Part shown: one piece after another, positions 63,058 to 64,000 of the stretch
Position numbering within the stretch: the first letter of the stretch is position 1
How the letters are laid out: the number at the start of each line of letters is the position of its first letter
IMG/VR virus record: IMGVR_UViG_3300045988_116799
Coordinates: 1-64,000 of that record
Length of the DNA: 64,000 nt
Origin: a virus
Reading direction: 5' to 3' (one strand)
Program-made: the position numbers and the translations under genes
The notes under the pieces: generated by a model
Seen by the model: the letters and a program-made list of their open reading frames with translations, nothing else
Databases searched by the model: none
Told to the model about the DNA's origin: nothing

Positions 63058-64000
63058 TTATTCTTCATTCGTCACAGACTGCGATGCGTTCGCCGACTCA
63101 CCAACACCCATAAACGCCGCCTGTTGCATCATTTCACTTTCCTGCTCTTCTTTCATTTCTTTCTCCACGCTGTCGGCATCATCGTTGAGCGGATTAAGCT
63201 CAATAGAACGACGTTGTGAAGTAGAAGGCTTACCTCCATTGCTCTGTGTGATAAGTTGTAGCAGTTCAACATCATTCTTGGGTATGTAAGGTTCAAACAG
63301 GGGCTCAAAATCAATGTCCTCCGCTACGCTTGCATCAATACCCTTAACGTATATGCCTGCATTGCAAATACCGTTAGCAACGATGTTGCTTCTGCGTGTG
63401 AACATTTCTCCGTACATTTCAGTTTTGTTGCCGACTTTCATAAATGGGTCGGTAAACATAAGACGTATGGCAGCACCGCTTGTGTTGTTGCCTAATGTCT
63501 TCATGTTTTCAAATGAAATGTCGGGAGTTTGCGTGAACGAGAATATGATATTAAACAGGTAAGCAATCTCGCCTTTCACACTCTCTGGAGAGTGGTCCCA
63601 TGACAGCACTCTCATTTCCGTTTCTTTTCCACCTTGGAATACCGAACCTTGCTCGCCTTTTTCGGCAAAACCTTCCAGACGACCTTGAATAAAGTACTTT
63701 GGCGTGCCAAAATAATCGTTCGTGTCGCCCCAGTTCGATATACATTCTTCTACACGGTCGCACGCCCACTGAACATCTGCCCATTCCGATTTGTATTGGT
63801 AGTAATAAACTACTGGTATCTTCGTGAAGCCATGTGCCTTTGCTTCGGTGAGTGTCCATCCCGAGCCATTATTGATGTACTTATACACGAATCTATCTGT
63901 GTAGACATCAAAATGCAGCTCTTGTGTTCCAAGCTCGTCAAACGTGTAGTATTCACGTCCGAAACCATCCATCCGATGCCAATCATTAAAATGCGGATAT
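63058..64000 (-). CDS. portal protein (5' end outside window)
   Basis: The frame stays open upstream of the listed Met to the window edge. Its position before MuF and a general SPP1 gp6-like look support the call. Confidence 0.7.
   Translation of the reverse strand, partial: YPHFNDWHRMDGFGREYYTFDELGTQELHFDVYTDRFVYKYINNGSGWTLTEAKAHGFTKIPVVYYYQYKSEWADVQWACDRVEECISNWGDTNDYFGTPKYFIQGRLEGFAEKGEQGSVFQGGKETEMRVLSWDHSPESVKGEIAYLFNIIFSFTQTPDISFENMKTLGNNTSGAAIRLMFTDPFMKVGNKTEMYGEMFTRRSNIVANGICNAGIYVKGIDASVAEDIDFEPLFEPYIPKNDVELLQLITQSNGGKPSTSQRRSIELNPLNDDADSVEKEMKEEQESEMMQQAAFMGVGESANASQSVTNEE

Noticed and set aside
1-64000. Genome-wide stop-codon reassignment (TAG or TAA) suggested by two in-frame stops
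   Set aside because: ORFs of 958 to 1867 codons are uninterrupted under the standard code, and only single isolated stops are seen. Point nonsense mutations or local events are more likely.

Overview
This window looks like most of a temperate siphovirus-type phage or prophage of a Bacteroidales host. The host call rests on recurrent TAnnTTTG -7 promoter boxes and a Bacteroidales-type tyrosine integrase. From the left: a short + strand gene set (YopX-like), then integrase, a CI/LexA-like repressor and a compact genetic switch. Next is a + strand early operon with an SbcC/Rad50-like ATPase, a RecT-like protein and an MBL-fold hydrolase. A long - strand arm follows: seven genes of unknown function, a lysis region with a GH19 endolysin, a complete diversity-generating retroelement (DGR), and the tail and head genes. 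The DGR has a reverse transcriptase, a template repeat (TR), and a variable repeat (VR) at the 3' end of a 958-aa tail-fibre gene; all 12 internal TR/VR mismatches fall on TR adenines. The morphogenesis arm is split by about 19 kb of accessory genes. These include three Bro-N/KilAC antirepressors, dUTPase, nuclease-like genes, VRR-NUC, an SSB-like protein and a methyltransferase broken by an in-frame TAA. At the right end a 1252-aa MuF-family head protein carries a 340-aa LAGLIDADG intein inserted in its HPxCxC motif, plus a ~600-aa C-terminal extension. A portal gene runs off the window. No rRNA, tRNA or CRISPR array was seen. All family calls come from motif recognition by eye, not from searches.
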